From Cupriavidus necator (lineage in GTDB: Bacteria; Pseudomonadota; Gammaproteobacteria; Burkholderiales; Burkholderiaceae), in NCBI RefSeq assembly GCF_016127575.1, contig NZ_CP066018.1:1470001-1502000 (forward strand): a DNA stretch of 32,000 nt, given 5' to 3'. Each line of letters begins with the position of its first letter. Position 1 is the first letter of the stretch. Positions 9,614-18,601 of the stretch are shown piece after piece. Under the pieces are notes generated by a model, which did no database searches, was not told where the DNA came from, and saw only the letters and a program-made list of their open reading frames with translations. Position numbers and translations under genes: made by a program.

Positions 9614-10131
9614 AGCGGATATTGGTGTTGTTTTTCGGCCTGGCGCTAGTCCCCCCCGCCTTCGCACAAGTGCCATCACAGGTTTTTGATAGTTGCGTAT
9701 TGATGGAAAGCTACAAGGCTGCGAAATACCAAGAGCTTGGTGGTGACGCTACGGTCATCGACGACGAGATACCTGGATATTCGGTCCTGAGCTATCAGCA
9801 TAAAGGAATCGCCTATGGGTATGCATCAAGCGCCAGCAGCCAACCGGATTTCCTCGTGGTTGGTTCACAAAGGGTGTCAATCCTGAAAGCCCAGCGAGTA
9901 GGGAAGGCAAATCCAGAGAGAATCGATCCAGCTCAGGCGGTCTACGGAATCGTGCGCTACAAAGCGCGAGCCTACTATTGCGTGGCATCCAACTTTGAGG
10001 GGTTGGGGCGAAGCGGCTCGTTTCAAAACATACGAGCTGCCTATATCGCTCCGCTCAATGCATCCAGCAAGGCGCTGAAGATGAGCGGGCTCTACTATTC
10101 CGTGCGGGATATCCGCAATATCCCGAGATAG
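9610..10131 (+). CDS. Putative periplasmic immunity protein (Sec signal peptide)
   Basis: The ATG at 9610 overlaps the effector stop (ATGA). The N-terminus MKRILVLFFGLALVPPAFA|QVPS is a classic signal peptide with an AxA cleavage site. No family recognised. Confidence 0.6.
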   Translation: MKRILVLFFGLALVPPAFAQVPSQVFDSCVLMESYKAAKYQELGGDATVIDDEIPGYSVLSYQHKGIAYGYASSASSQPDFLVVGSQRVSILKAQRVGKANPERIDPAQAVYGIVRYKARAYYCVASNFEGLGRSGSFQNIRAAYIAPLNASSKALKMSGLYYSVRDIRNIPR

Positions 10132-10669
10132 CCGGCCTACATATGCGTTGCGGCATCGAGGACACATCTGGACCCAGCGCCGCGACCGCAAGATGGGACC
10201 GTGTCGCAGATCGAGCAACCGGTGCGCATGTCGCGTGAGTTCGGCCGCGACGTAGCCAACGACGAAGGAGCGCGCAGCGCGCGAAATCTAAAAAATCGGC
10301 ACGGTCCACGGCGCCGATGAAACGCTGGCCAAGAACGGGTTCGCACCGAACCGCAAGCCGGGGCAGGTCGGATCCGAGGCACGGCAGACGCGCATAAGCG
10401 GCGTCGATCTGGACGAGAGGACCTATATACTTTCGCTATGGACGTTCTAATCCAAATGGCGTGCCCCTTAGTTACCGACGCATAAGCGTGTAGGATCTCG
10501 GTATTTGCGGAGGCCGCCATTTCCGCGCTCCACGCGGCGGCTGAGTTTCTAATGCTGGGATAAGGAAATGCGAAGATTAGTCTGGCATGAATTCCCCATG
10601 CCTCCGTTTATCAAGGTTCGGAGATCGTCGCGTGCCGCTGTTATCGAGGTGCACCAACTATGAGTAGCT

Positions 10670-12235
10670 ATGAGTGTGACTCCTCCACGCGACACCCTGG
10701 CTATGCATAGCCAAAGTACCTCCTCCAACGAATTTGCTCCGCTGGAAAGCGATATTCTGGAGCAGATGAGCGAACAGGGTGGGGCAACAGTACCCGATGC
10801 GATAGAAATGGGCGCTCTCGCCCCCTCATCGGGGCTGATCGACCTATCCCGCCAGCAGCGCAACCTGTTGCTGCTGCGCCCCCTCTTTCAGCTTGAGCTT
10901 AACAAGCAGCGCATTGGTGAAGATGGCACCCTCTTTGAGGGAATCGACACCCACTACCTCCTGCTAAGCTCGCTCGACCGCATGATGGAGGGAACGACAG
11001 TCTCAACGGGTTGTACCAGCGACGAAGTCCTCACTCACATAGCAGACACCGTCATGGCAATGAAGCCTTCGCTATCAGCGGTTCAATCGGGCAAGGTCGC
11101 GGACACCGTGCTCGCAGCGCTGGACAATAAGGCCAACGGGTACAAAGAATTCTCATTCGAGTACTTCCATGCAACGCATAAATCCACGCGCAGCATTCGC
11201 TTTCGGTTAGTCGCCTACGAGCCTGACATTGAAGATGTCTACCGCTATAAGCCAACCGCAGAAGGATACCTCGTCTACCTTGGCATGCTTGACCTCTCGC
11301 CGGAGGACGCGCAGGAACTAATGGAGAAGATGCTGGAGTTACTTGTGCAGCGCGGCCGATTCGACGCTGCGTTGGAAATTGCCCGACGCGCCCGCACGCT
11401 GTCAATCGAGTATCGCCAGCTCATCCGCGACAGGTTGTATCAAGCTTACCGCGCGCCAGGCACAGTCAACTGGAAGCGCGATATCAGCGCTGGTTTGGAT
11501 CGGGCGCGAGAACATGTGCGACAGCGCCAGGCAGAGGACCAGCGGATGGAAGAGTCTGTTCTGCTGGCCCTGCGACAGGCCGAGGAACCCAAGGCGCGCG
11601 CGAACCTGGCGCTCCTGCTTAAGACGCTGCAAGGTGCCAGCATGCTGCGTTCGCAACTTGTGGGAGATATTAGCCGCGCCAATGACCGGTTCCTGGAGGC
11701 ACAGCGTACGTTGTTTCGGGCCCGGCGCGCCACCGGACTGCCTGACCTGGAGACACGGCTCTTACCGCAGTTCATTGAATTGCCTGTCAATATTCTGGCC
11801 GAGCAGGCTGAAAACGCACTCAGTGCGATGTATTCGCCGGCGCTGCCACGTGTGTATGACCTTAATTCGCTGTTCTCGCTGCTGCTCGAGCAGCGCGTCG
11901 AAGACGGCGACCCAGGGGAAGACGACGGTGAGATCACGCCATTCGTACCACCCCCTCTTCAGTTCGATGAAGCCGTCATCCGACAGGTGACGGACTGGTT
12001 GACCGAGAGATTCTCGCTGGGGCAGTCCTGGCGGTTAGATGAACTGCTGGATCAAGCCGAGGACATGGGGTTCGATCGCACTATTCGACGCTGTCTAGTA
12101 TTGATGCTGTTTCGGGCGTACTCCCACTCGGAGACAGAATTCAAGAACATGCGGGCGGACGCACTGGACGAGTTCATTGCCGATGTGGCACGCGGAACCA
12201 ATCTGCGCTTTACTCCCAAAGAGAGGCACTCGTGA
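10670..12235 (+). CDS. JetA-like (kleisin-like) subunit of a Wadjet/Mks-like system; start uncertain
   Basis: This 521-aa ORF is the first gene of a four-gene coupled operon. It has a helical N-terminal half, an acidic linker (EDGDPGEDDGEITPF) and a compact C-terminal domain, which fits a kleisin. The size and position match JetA, but I cannot see DUF3375 motifs by eye. Alternative in-frame ATGs lie at 10703 and 10766. Confidence 0.55.
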   Translation: MSVTPPRDTLAMHSQSTSSNEFAPLESDILEQMSEQGGATVPDAIEMGALAPSSGLIDLSRQQRNLLLLRPLFQLELNKQRIGEDGTLFEGIDTHYLLLSSLDRMMEGTTVSTGCTSDEVLTHIADTVMAMKPSLSAVQSGKVADTVLAALDNKANGYKEFSFEYFHATHKSTRSIRFRLVAYEPDIEDVYRYKPTAEGYLVYLGMLDLSPEDAQELMEKMLELLVQRGRFDAALEIARRARTLSIEYRQLIRDRLYQAYRAPGTVNWKRDISAGLDRAREHVRQRQAEDQRMEESVLLALRQAEEPKARANLALLLKTLQGASMLRSQLVGDISRANDRFLEAQRTLFRARRATGLPDLETRLLPQFIELPVNILAEQAENALSAMYSPALPRVYDLNSLFSLLLEQRVEDGDPGEDDGEITPFVPPPLQFDEAVIRQVTDWLTERFSLGQSWRLDELLDQAEDMGFDRTIRRCLVLMLFRAYSHSETEFKNMRADALDEFIADVARGTNLRFTPKERHS

Positions 12236-12972
12236 GCGATATCCAAATCGGCGTGCGCCAAGCCGCTCGCCTCGTCTATAAGGCGCTGCACACAACACTG
12301 TCGCCGGTCAACGATCAGGAATACCGCCAGTTGCTTGCGCAGTATCGGGCCAACCCTGCCTTTGCCGCGCAGGTACAAGACGTGGCTACGGGCATGGAGC
12401 TCATCATCCTGGACGTCAGCGAGCGCGGACTCATAATCGTACCCGCCTCGCGCGAAAGCCGCTTTGCCATCCGAATGACCGACATTCGCACCGGACTGGA
12501 TGCCGCACAGAAGGCAAGCCTGCTGCTGGCGCACGTGGCCATCGCTGCGGTCTTTTTTCCGACCACCGATGGTCTGGACGACGATAACTACACTCCCCCG
12601 CCGGCGCTTGTGTCAACCTGCCGAGACACGTTGCACGCCTTGGCTCGGCGCCTCAGGGAGTCGTCCAACCCGCCGGCAGATATCCCGCCTGAGCTTGCAC
12701 CAGGTTGGGAGTCGGTATCAGCCATGCCTCTGGTGCTGCCGGCGGGCCAGCGTGCCTCGGTCAACTCCCTGGTGGGTATCGTCAAGCTCGCGCTGGGCCA
12801 TATGCAAACACATGGCCTGGTACGTCTGGACAGAGAAGCCGATGACGATGCATCGGTGACCTATACCGCTACGCATCGCCTGCGTGTGCAGTTGCGCGAG
12901 ATCGCGTTGCGCCGCCTCTTCGACATCGCCCAGGAAGCCGCACGCATGCCGGCGACGACCACGGAGACATAG
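12232..12972 (+). CDS. JetB-like (KITE / DUF4194-like) subunit
   Basis: The GTG start overlaps the jetA-like stop (GTGA), and an AGAGAGG SD lies 5-6 nt upstream. At 246 aa it has the size and position of JetB. The sequence pattern ...TGMELIILDVSERGLIIVPA... and ...HGLVRLDREADDDASVTYTATHRL... fits tandem winged-helix domains. Confidence 0.55.
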   Translation: MSDIQIGVRQAARLVYKALHTTLSPVNDQEYRQLLAQYRANPAFAAQVQDVATGMELIILDVSERGLIIVPASRESRFAIRMTDIRTGLDAAQKASLLLAHVAIAAVFFPTTDGLDDDNYTPPPALVSTCRDTLHALARRLRESSNPPADIPPELAPGWESVSAMPLVLPAGQRASVNSLVGIVKLALGHMQTHGLVRLDREADDDASVTYTATHRLRVQLREIALRRLFDIAQEAARMPATTTET

Positions 12973-12973
12973 T

Positions 12974-15900
12974 ATGCAGAAAATATCGCGTATCTATCTG
13001 GGAAACTGCGGCTACCTGATGGCCTGGTATGACGGGTTGTTGTTCGACCTGACGGATCCGGAAACGCACCAACCGACCGACACCATCATCAACCTCGAGA
13101 ACGGAGGCGGGAAGACGTCGCTGCTCAGCCTGATCTTCTCGTGCTTTGACACGGGCCAGGACCGCTTTCTCAAGCATCTGCAAAGCAAAAACAATCATTT
13201 CTCGCAGTACTTTTCGCAAGACGGCCTGCCCGGCTTCATCCTGGTGGAGTGGGAGATGCCCTCGCGCACGGCTGGCGGTGAGCCGTACCGACTGGTCGTG
13301 GGTCAGGTGGTGTCCATCAAGGCGGGCAACGACGTGCCGGAGAGCGACCGGATGTTCTTCAGCTTTGAAGCAACAAGCGGCTTGATGCTTGAAATGATTC
13401 CCGCGCCGAAGCTCGGCACCGCCCCGGTGACATCACTGGCGGAATTCTCGCGCTGGGTACACGAAGAACAGAGGAAGCACCCCGACGTCTATGTCACCCG
13501 CAAACAAGCCGATTGGCAGCGCCACCTGCGTGAAGAGCGTCTCATCGACCTGGAAATGCTGCAGATGCAGGTCAATTTCTCCGTGCAAGAGGGCGGTTTC
13601 GATACCGGCTTCCTGAACTTTTCCAGCGAGGCGGCCTTTCTGCAGAAGTTCTTTCATCTGACGCTGGACGCACAAAGGGCCGCCGCCGTGCGCGACGCCG
13701 TCGCAGCAGCCTGCGACAAGTTACGTCGCAAGCCTCACTATCAGGCCAAGCTTACGGAGCTAACGAAGTTCCGTGCCGTGCTTCGATCCTTTGAGGAGAC
13801 AGCGCACGCCTATCGACTATCCCTGGCCGACCAGATGAGTGTGCTGGTCAACGGCGCGCGATTGGCGTTGGCACTACACGAACGGGCGAACACGCGGCGG
13901 AGCAAGCAACAGGCCGAGCTAACTTTCGAACGCGACCAGCGGGCCGTGGCGGCGACCGCCGCGTCCGACGTGCTTGGTTACAGCAGCCAAGCCGCCAGCA
14001 TGGCCAGCCTGATTCACGTGCGCGCCGTGCGCGCCGCCCTGGAGCGCACCAAGCAAGCCGCGTTGAGCCTGACAGACCTGCAAAACGATATCAAGTATGT
14101 GAGGGCTGCACGGGTACTGGCGGAAGTGGACGCCGCCGATAAGCGCTTGCAGACACTTGAGGCTCAGGCCGACCTCGCCAAGGAAGGCTTGCAGCCGTTT
14201 CGCGACCAGCTGGAAACGGAAGGCGCGCTGCTTCGCACCGCTCTGTTCAAGCACGAACAGGCCCTGCGCGAGACGCAGCGCAAAATTGAGAAGGAGTCCA
14301 TAGACCGCAACGACACAGTGACCGGGCACCGGACGGCACTTGCCGAAGACGAAAAGCGTCGGCGCACCGCAGTCAACGAACAAGCCAAGCTTACCGAGCT
14401 GGAAAAGGCCTGGGAGCGCGAGCACACTCGCATGGTCACCTCGGGGCTCCTGTCCGACGCTGGCGAAGTGACTCAAGTAGCTGTGGCGCGCTGGGGCGAG
14501 ACCGAGCAGCAGATGCGGCGAGAGGAAGCAGCCCACAAGATTGCGCAAAGCCAGCATGAACAGCAACAGGGCCACTGGAGCAGCGAGGAAGTGCGCCTGG
14601 GCAGCGAAGCAGGTCGATTCGAAGGCGAGATTCAGTCCACCGCAGACTTCATCGGCGAGGGTACCGCCGAGCGCGAGCGGCTGTCACAACTACCGGCGAT
14701 CCTGCTAGCTGTCGAATCCGACACAGCGTCTCCAGACTCCCCTGCATTGCCGTCGGTGCTCGAACGCGTAGCGGCGGCGTCCGCCTCGGAAATCTCCCTA
14801 AGCGATGTGCGCCTGGCCGAATTGCACGCGACGATGCAAGCCATCCACGAAACAGGTGTGGCTGGTAGCAGTCCAGATGTTGCGCGTGTCGTAGCGCGAC
14901 TACGTGAGGCCGGCGTGCGCTCGGCCCGCCCCTTCAACGAATACCTTGCTGACGCATTACCGGACGCGGAGCGCGCTCGTGGCTTGGTGCTGAGCGACCC
15001 GGCTCGTTTCCTGGGGGTTTCCGTTGCACAAAGTGAAATGGAAAAAGCCCGTGGCATCGAATGGCATGGCCAGAAGCTGACCCGTCCGGTGGTGGTTTCC
15101 CCCCTTGCTCTCGAATCAGCAGCTGCCGCCCCCACTCGCCTGGTGGTACCTGCAGCAAGCGACGCTGCATACAACCGGGCCGCGGCCGAGACATTGGCCG
15201 GCACCCTGTCGGAAACCATCCGCCTCGAAGAAAATCGTCGCGCCGGATATTATCAGCGCCAGACTGACGCACTGGCCGCGATGCAGGCACTCCAAACCTA
15301 TGTGCTTCGCTTTGGTGAGGGCAAACTGGCAGCGGCGAACCTCCGGCGCAATGAGCTTCAGAGTCAGCTGCGCTCCACTTTGGAGCGCAAGGAAAAGGCT
15401 CGCGAGAAGGCGGCCGCGGAAGCGGCAGAAGCAAAGATAAGCAACGAGGCCGCAGTCAAATGCGACCGCCTGGCCCTCGAAGCATGCTCCCATCTTCAGG
15501 TACTTCAACGCTTCATGGCAGAGTATGAGGCCAACCGCGAGGAGCGGCTCCTCCGTCTCGATGAGCTCGAAGTCATACTGGAAGATCTCGAGGTCCGACG
15601 CCTGGCGACCGAGGATGAAATCCAGCGTCTTGAAGACATTACGCGTGAACAGAGCAAAGTCGCCATCAAGGCCGAGAACAGCGCCGACAACCTGGCCGGC
15701 GAGCGTTCCAGAATTGAGTTCTACGACAAGACACTGGCCGCCGATGAGCATTTGAAGGCCAATCCCCGAGACCTGGAGATGCTGCGTGGGACGTACTCCG
15801 ATGCGCTGACGGTTTACAAGGCGAAGGCACAGGATCAGCTGGGTGTGCTTGAAGTGCAGATGCAGGAAGCACGCAGGCGCCGCGACGAGAAAAAGCAGGA

Positions 15901-17392
15901 ATACACCCGCGACTACCCCGGCGTCACGCGTACTCATGTAGCGCCGTTCGAGGGACAGGACCACTGTGCCATGCTGGTTGGTCTGGAAGCCAAACGTACG
16001 CTCGTCAACAAGGAACACCTGGACGCCGTTTCAGCCAAGGGCGCGGCCGAGCACGCATCAGAAGACTGGCACAAGAATAATCGCGATGTACCGCCGGCCA
16101 CTCCCGACATCGAGGCGCTGGATGCTGCTGCCCTCGATGCCCGAAAGGACGAGGCAGTGCGCATGAGTGAAGAGGCCGGCGCGCGCCAAAAGAACGCATC
16201 GGACGTGGCGGACCGGGCGCGCGGCACCGCCATGCGCCTCGGAGAAGCCGCTGGCCAGGACGACCGCCTGGCGGAATTGCTCAAGAGCACGATGAAGCTG
16301 GAGGCCACGCCGAACCCCGAACTGCTTGCACTGGAGATCGCCAGCCTGACGGGACAGCCACCAGTGCTGCTCGAACAGCTTGGCGAGTTAGTGCTCGAGG
16401 AGGACGCGAGCGACCAAGTCACACGCGCCGTCAAGAATCACGGCGCTAAATCGGGCCTATGCGACCGGGCTCGCGATAATGCGCGTACGGTTTTCGATGC
16501 GGTCAAGCTGGCCGCCGGCGACCCCGAGCTCCAGAAAGTCGAGCCGGAGCTTGCGATTGCCATGCTGGCTAACGAGTTCACAGCGGCTTGCAGCGATGCC
16601 GCCCGGCTGTTGGAAGGTCTCGAGGATCGCATTCATACCACCCAGGACAACCTGGACAAGATGCAGGCTGACTTCGATGCCTGCGTCGAGGAAATGCTGG
16701 CGCTGTCTCGCATTGCCCTGGGGTTGCTGAACTCGGCCATTGACAAGCGTGTGCCCGCCACCGCGCCGTATGTCGCAGGCAAGGCAGTCCTGAAGATGCG
16801 CGCGAACTTCGCGGCCATCAACGTCGAGAGCCGACGACAGGCGCTCACGCATTACCTGGACAGTCTGATTCAGGCTAACGTGCCTCCGGGCAAGGGCTCG
16901 GACTTAGTGGCTGAGGCCGTGCTTCGAATGTACGGCGGCCGCCCGCTGGGCCTACAGGTGCTACGCATGGTTATCGACGAAAGCCAACAGTACGTACCGG
17001 TGGAGAAGATTTCCAACTCTGGTGGCGAAGGTGTGGTGATGGCGTTGTTTCTCTACGTAGTCATCACCCAGCTACGCGCGGAGACCCAAGCCAAGCTGCA
17101 CAAGCTTGCCGGCGGCCCGCTTATCCTGGACAACCCGTTCGCCAAGGCCACCTCGCCGACCATGTGGAAGGCGCAGCGTCTGCTCGCGCAATCCATGGGG
17201 GTGCAGTTGGTGTTTGCCACTGCCATCCAGGACTACAATGCCCTGGCGGAATTCTCCGCCTTCGTCCGGCTACGACGCGCTGGGCAGAACAGCAAGACGG
17301 GGCGCTGGCATTTGGAGTCTGTCCGCTACCGCCTCAATGAGGAGATGGCCAATCCAGAGCTGGCGGCGCCTAGTACGATTGAGGCAGCCTGA
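12974..17392 (+). CDS. JetC-like SMC/MukB-like ABC ATPase (1472 aa)
   Basis: The ATG at 12974 follows a GGAG SD 7 nt upstream; the listed start at 12884 lies inside jetB. Walker A is NLENGGGKTSLL (13100-13120). About 1200 aa of heptad-like Ala/Glu/Arg/Leu-rich coiled coil follow, with a central non-coiled hinge-like segment (...VARLREAGVRSARPFNEYL...LGVSVAQSEMEKARGI...). The signature-like motif is SNSGGEG (17012-17032), and a Walker-B-like LILDNPF lies at 17120-17140. Confidence 0.8.
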   Translation: MQKISRIYLGNCGYLMAWYDGLLFDLTDPETHQPTDTIINLENGGGKTSLLSLIFSCFDTGQDRFLKHLQSKNNHFSQYFSQDGLPGFILVEWEMPSRTAGGEPYRLVVGQVVSIKAGNDVPESDRMFFSFEATSGLMLEMIPAPKLGTAPVTSLAEFSRWVHEEQRKHPDVYVTRKQADWQRHLREERLIDLEMLQMQVNFSVQEGGFDTGFLNFSSEAAFLQKFFHLTLDAQRAAAVRDAVAAACDKLRRKPHYQAKLTELTKFRAVLRSFEETAHAYRLSLADQMSVLVNGARLALALHERANTRRSKQQAELTFERDQRAVAATAASDVLGYSSQAASMASLIHVRAVRAALERTKQAALSLTDLQNDIKYVRAARVLAEVDAADKRLQTLEAQADLAKEGLQPFRDQLETEGALLRTALFKHEQALRETQRKIEKESIDRNDTVTGHRTALAEDEKRRRTAVNEQAKLTELEKAWEREHTRMVTSGLLSDAGEVTQVAVARWGETEQQMRREEAAHKIAQSQHEQQQGHWSSEEVRLGSEAGRFEGEIQSTADFIGEGTAERERLSQLPAILLAVESDTASPDSPALPSVLERVAAASASEISLSDVRLAELHATMQAIHETGVAGSSPDVARVVARLREAGVRSARPFNEYLADALPDAERARGLVLSDPARFLGVSVAQSEMEKARGIEWHGQKLTRPVVVSPLALESAAAAPTRLVVPAASDAAYNRAAAETLAGTLSETIRLEENRRAGYYQRQTDALAAMQALQTYVLRFGEGKLAAANLRRNELQSQLRSTLERKEKAREKAAAEAAEAKISNEAAVKCDRLALEACSHLQVLQRFMAEYEANREERLLRLDELEVILEDLEVRRLATEDEIQRLEDITREQSKVAIKAENSADNLAGERSRIEFYDKTLAADEHLKANPRDLEMLRGTYSDALTVYKAKAQDQLGVLEVQMQEARRRRDEKKQEYTRDYPGVTRTHVAPFEGQDHCAMLVGLEAKRTLVNKEHLDAVSAKGAAEHASEDWHKNNRDVPPATPDIEALDAAALDARKDEAVRMSEEAGARQKNASDVADRARGTAMRLGEAAGQDDRLAELLKSTMKLEATPNPELLALEIASLTGQPPVLLEQLGELVLEEDASDQVTRAVKNHGAKSGLCDRARDNARTVFDAVKLAAGDPELQKVEPELAIAMLANEFTAACSDAARLLEGLEDRIHTTQDNLDKMQADFDACVEEMLALSRIALGLLNSAIDKRVPATAPYVAGKAVLKMRANFAAINVESRRQALTHYLDSLIQANVPPGKGSDLVAEAVLRMYGGRPLGLQVLRMVIDESQQYVPVEKISNSGGEGVVMALFLYVVITQLRAETQAKLHKLAGGPLILDNPFAKATSPTMWKAQRLLAQSMGVQLVFATAIQDYNALAEFSAFVRLRRAGQNSKTGRWHLESVRYRLNEEMANPELAAPSTIEAA

Positions 17393-18387
17393 TGCCGGCG
17401 CAATTTTTCGCCAGACTGAAGGCATCTCCACGCAAGAGGGTGGAGCTTGTGCAGCTCAAGCAGTTGTACTTCGAGCTGTATCCGGAGATTCAGAACCACC
17501 CCGAACGTAGCCGCATGTTGCTGCAGGCCCTTCAGGCGCTGGCCGCAACCGGCGCCATAATGCTGCCAGCTCGCGCCAGTTGGGAGAAAGTCGGCCAGCC
17601 GGCGTTGCCGATGTGGATCAAACTCGTTCGCACGCACAATGAGGCGCCGAAGGAGGATTTCTCCAAAATTCCCTGGGTGCCAGAGCTGGGCTTCTGGCCT
17701 GAGCTAACGAGCGCCCAACTCGCCGCGGCAAAGTGCATTAACGAGTTCCTGCTTCAACGCCGCGGAAACCTCCAGCGAATCCCCATCAAGGAACGTTCGC
17801 TTGAGATCTTTGGAGACGAGAAGCGGCTCGACGCTATGAGGCAGGGCAACACACTGTTCTCAGGCCGATTGTCGCTTGATACGCTAGGTGCGTTCACCGT
17901 GCCTCTACCGCTTCCGTACCGACCGGCACCCGTATCGGGCAAACCGCTGCTCGTCGTCGAAAACCACAACAGCTACTGGAGCTTCGGTGAGTGGAATCAG
18001 CGAGCCCTACGATATTCAGCGGTCGTCTACGGTGCCGGGGAGGCATTTCGCAGCACGGGAGCAGCCCTAAGACAGGTTCTACATGAAGTGAAGGGCACCG
18101 ATGTCCTGTATCTAGGAGACCTGGATCCTAAAGGCATCGGCATTCCGCTTGACTTTAACCGCTCGTCGGCGAGTGATGAGCCCAAGGTTGCGCCAGCAAT
18201 GGAGTGGTATGAGTGGCTGTTGTCGCATGGGTTTCGGCGAAAGAAGGCTGTTTGCACAAACGCTCACCCGCAATCCGCCATTGATTGGCTCGGAGAAACC
18301 TTAGGCGAGGAACTCGCGGAGCTATGGCGGGGAGAGTGCTGGATTCCACAGGAGGCTTTGGGTTTCGAGCAGCTAAGCGCTCTGTGA
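17392..18387 (+). CDS. JetD-like Toprim nuclease subunit (DUF2220-like), short form (331 aa)
   Basis: The ATG shares 1 nt with the jetC stop (TGATG). KERSLEIFGDEKRLDAM, the Toprim Glu in LLVVENHNSYWSF (E at 17959-17961), the DxD in VLYLGDLDPKGIGIP (18115-18129) and a C-terminal IPQEAL all match the JetD/MksG C-terminal domain as I recall it. Confidence 0.8.
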   Translation: MPAQFFARLKASPRKRVELVQLKQLYFELYPEIQNHPERSRMLLQALQALAATGAIMLPARASWEKVGQPALPMWIKLVRTHNEAPKEDFSKIPWVPELGFWPELTSAQLAAAKCINEFLLQRRGNLQRIPIKERSLEIFGDEKRLDAMRQGNTLFSGRLSLDTLGAFTVPLPLPYRPAPVSGKPLLVVENHNSYWSFGEWNQRALRYSAVVYGAGEAFRSTGAALRQVLHEVKGTDVLYLGDLDPKGIGIPLDFNRSSASDEPKVAPAMEWYEWLLSHGFRRKKAVCTNAHPQSAIDWLGETLGEELAELWRGECWIPQEALGFEQLSAL

Positions 18388-18601
18388 GCGGGATCGCAAA
18401 AGGAAGCGCATGCTTGGCGGCGACCATTGCGCGCGATAGTATTGCCTTCGCCATTTCTGGCAAGTCCAGACATAACGAATGAAACCAGGCGCCCGGCCCG
18501 GCGCCGGGATGGTCGACCGCCATTTTGGGCGGAAAGGTCTGCGTGATCGAACAAGTCGTCATCGTCGGCTTCGGCTGCTTGGGGCGTTTAGTGCGCATGA
18601 A

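Noticed and set aside
10137-10520. Minus-strand ORF of 127 aa, and a faint HTH-like stretch (…VSQIEQPVRMSREFGRDV…) on the plus strand that hints at a transposase OrfA remnant
   Set aside because: The ORF is Arg/Ala/Ser-rich junk. The HTH resemblance is only a few residues long and is not enough to call an IS remnant.
13919-16434. Minus-strand ORFs inside the jetC-like gene (13919..14575, 14632..15219, 15116..16018, 15934..16434)
   Set aside because: They are antisense to a coiled-coil gene whose Ala/Glu/Arg/Leu codons give open reverse frames. They have no independent signals.
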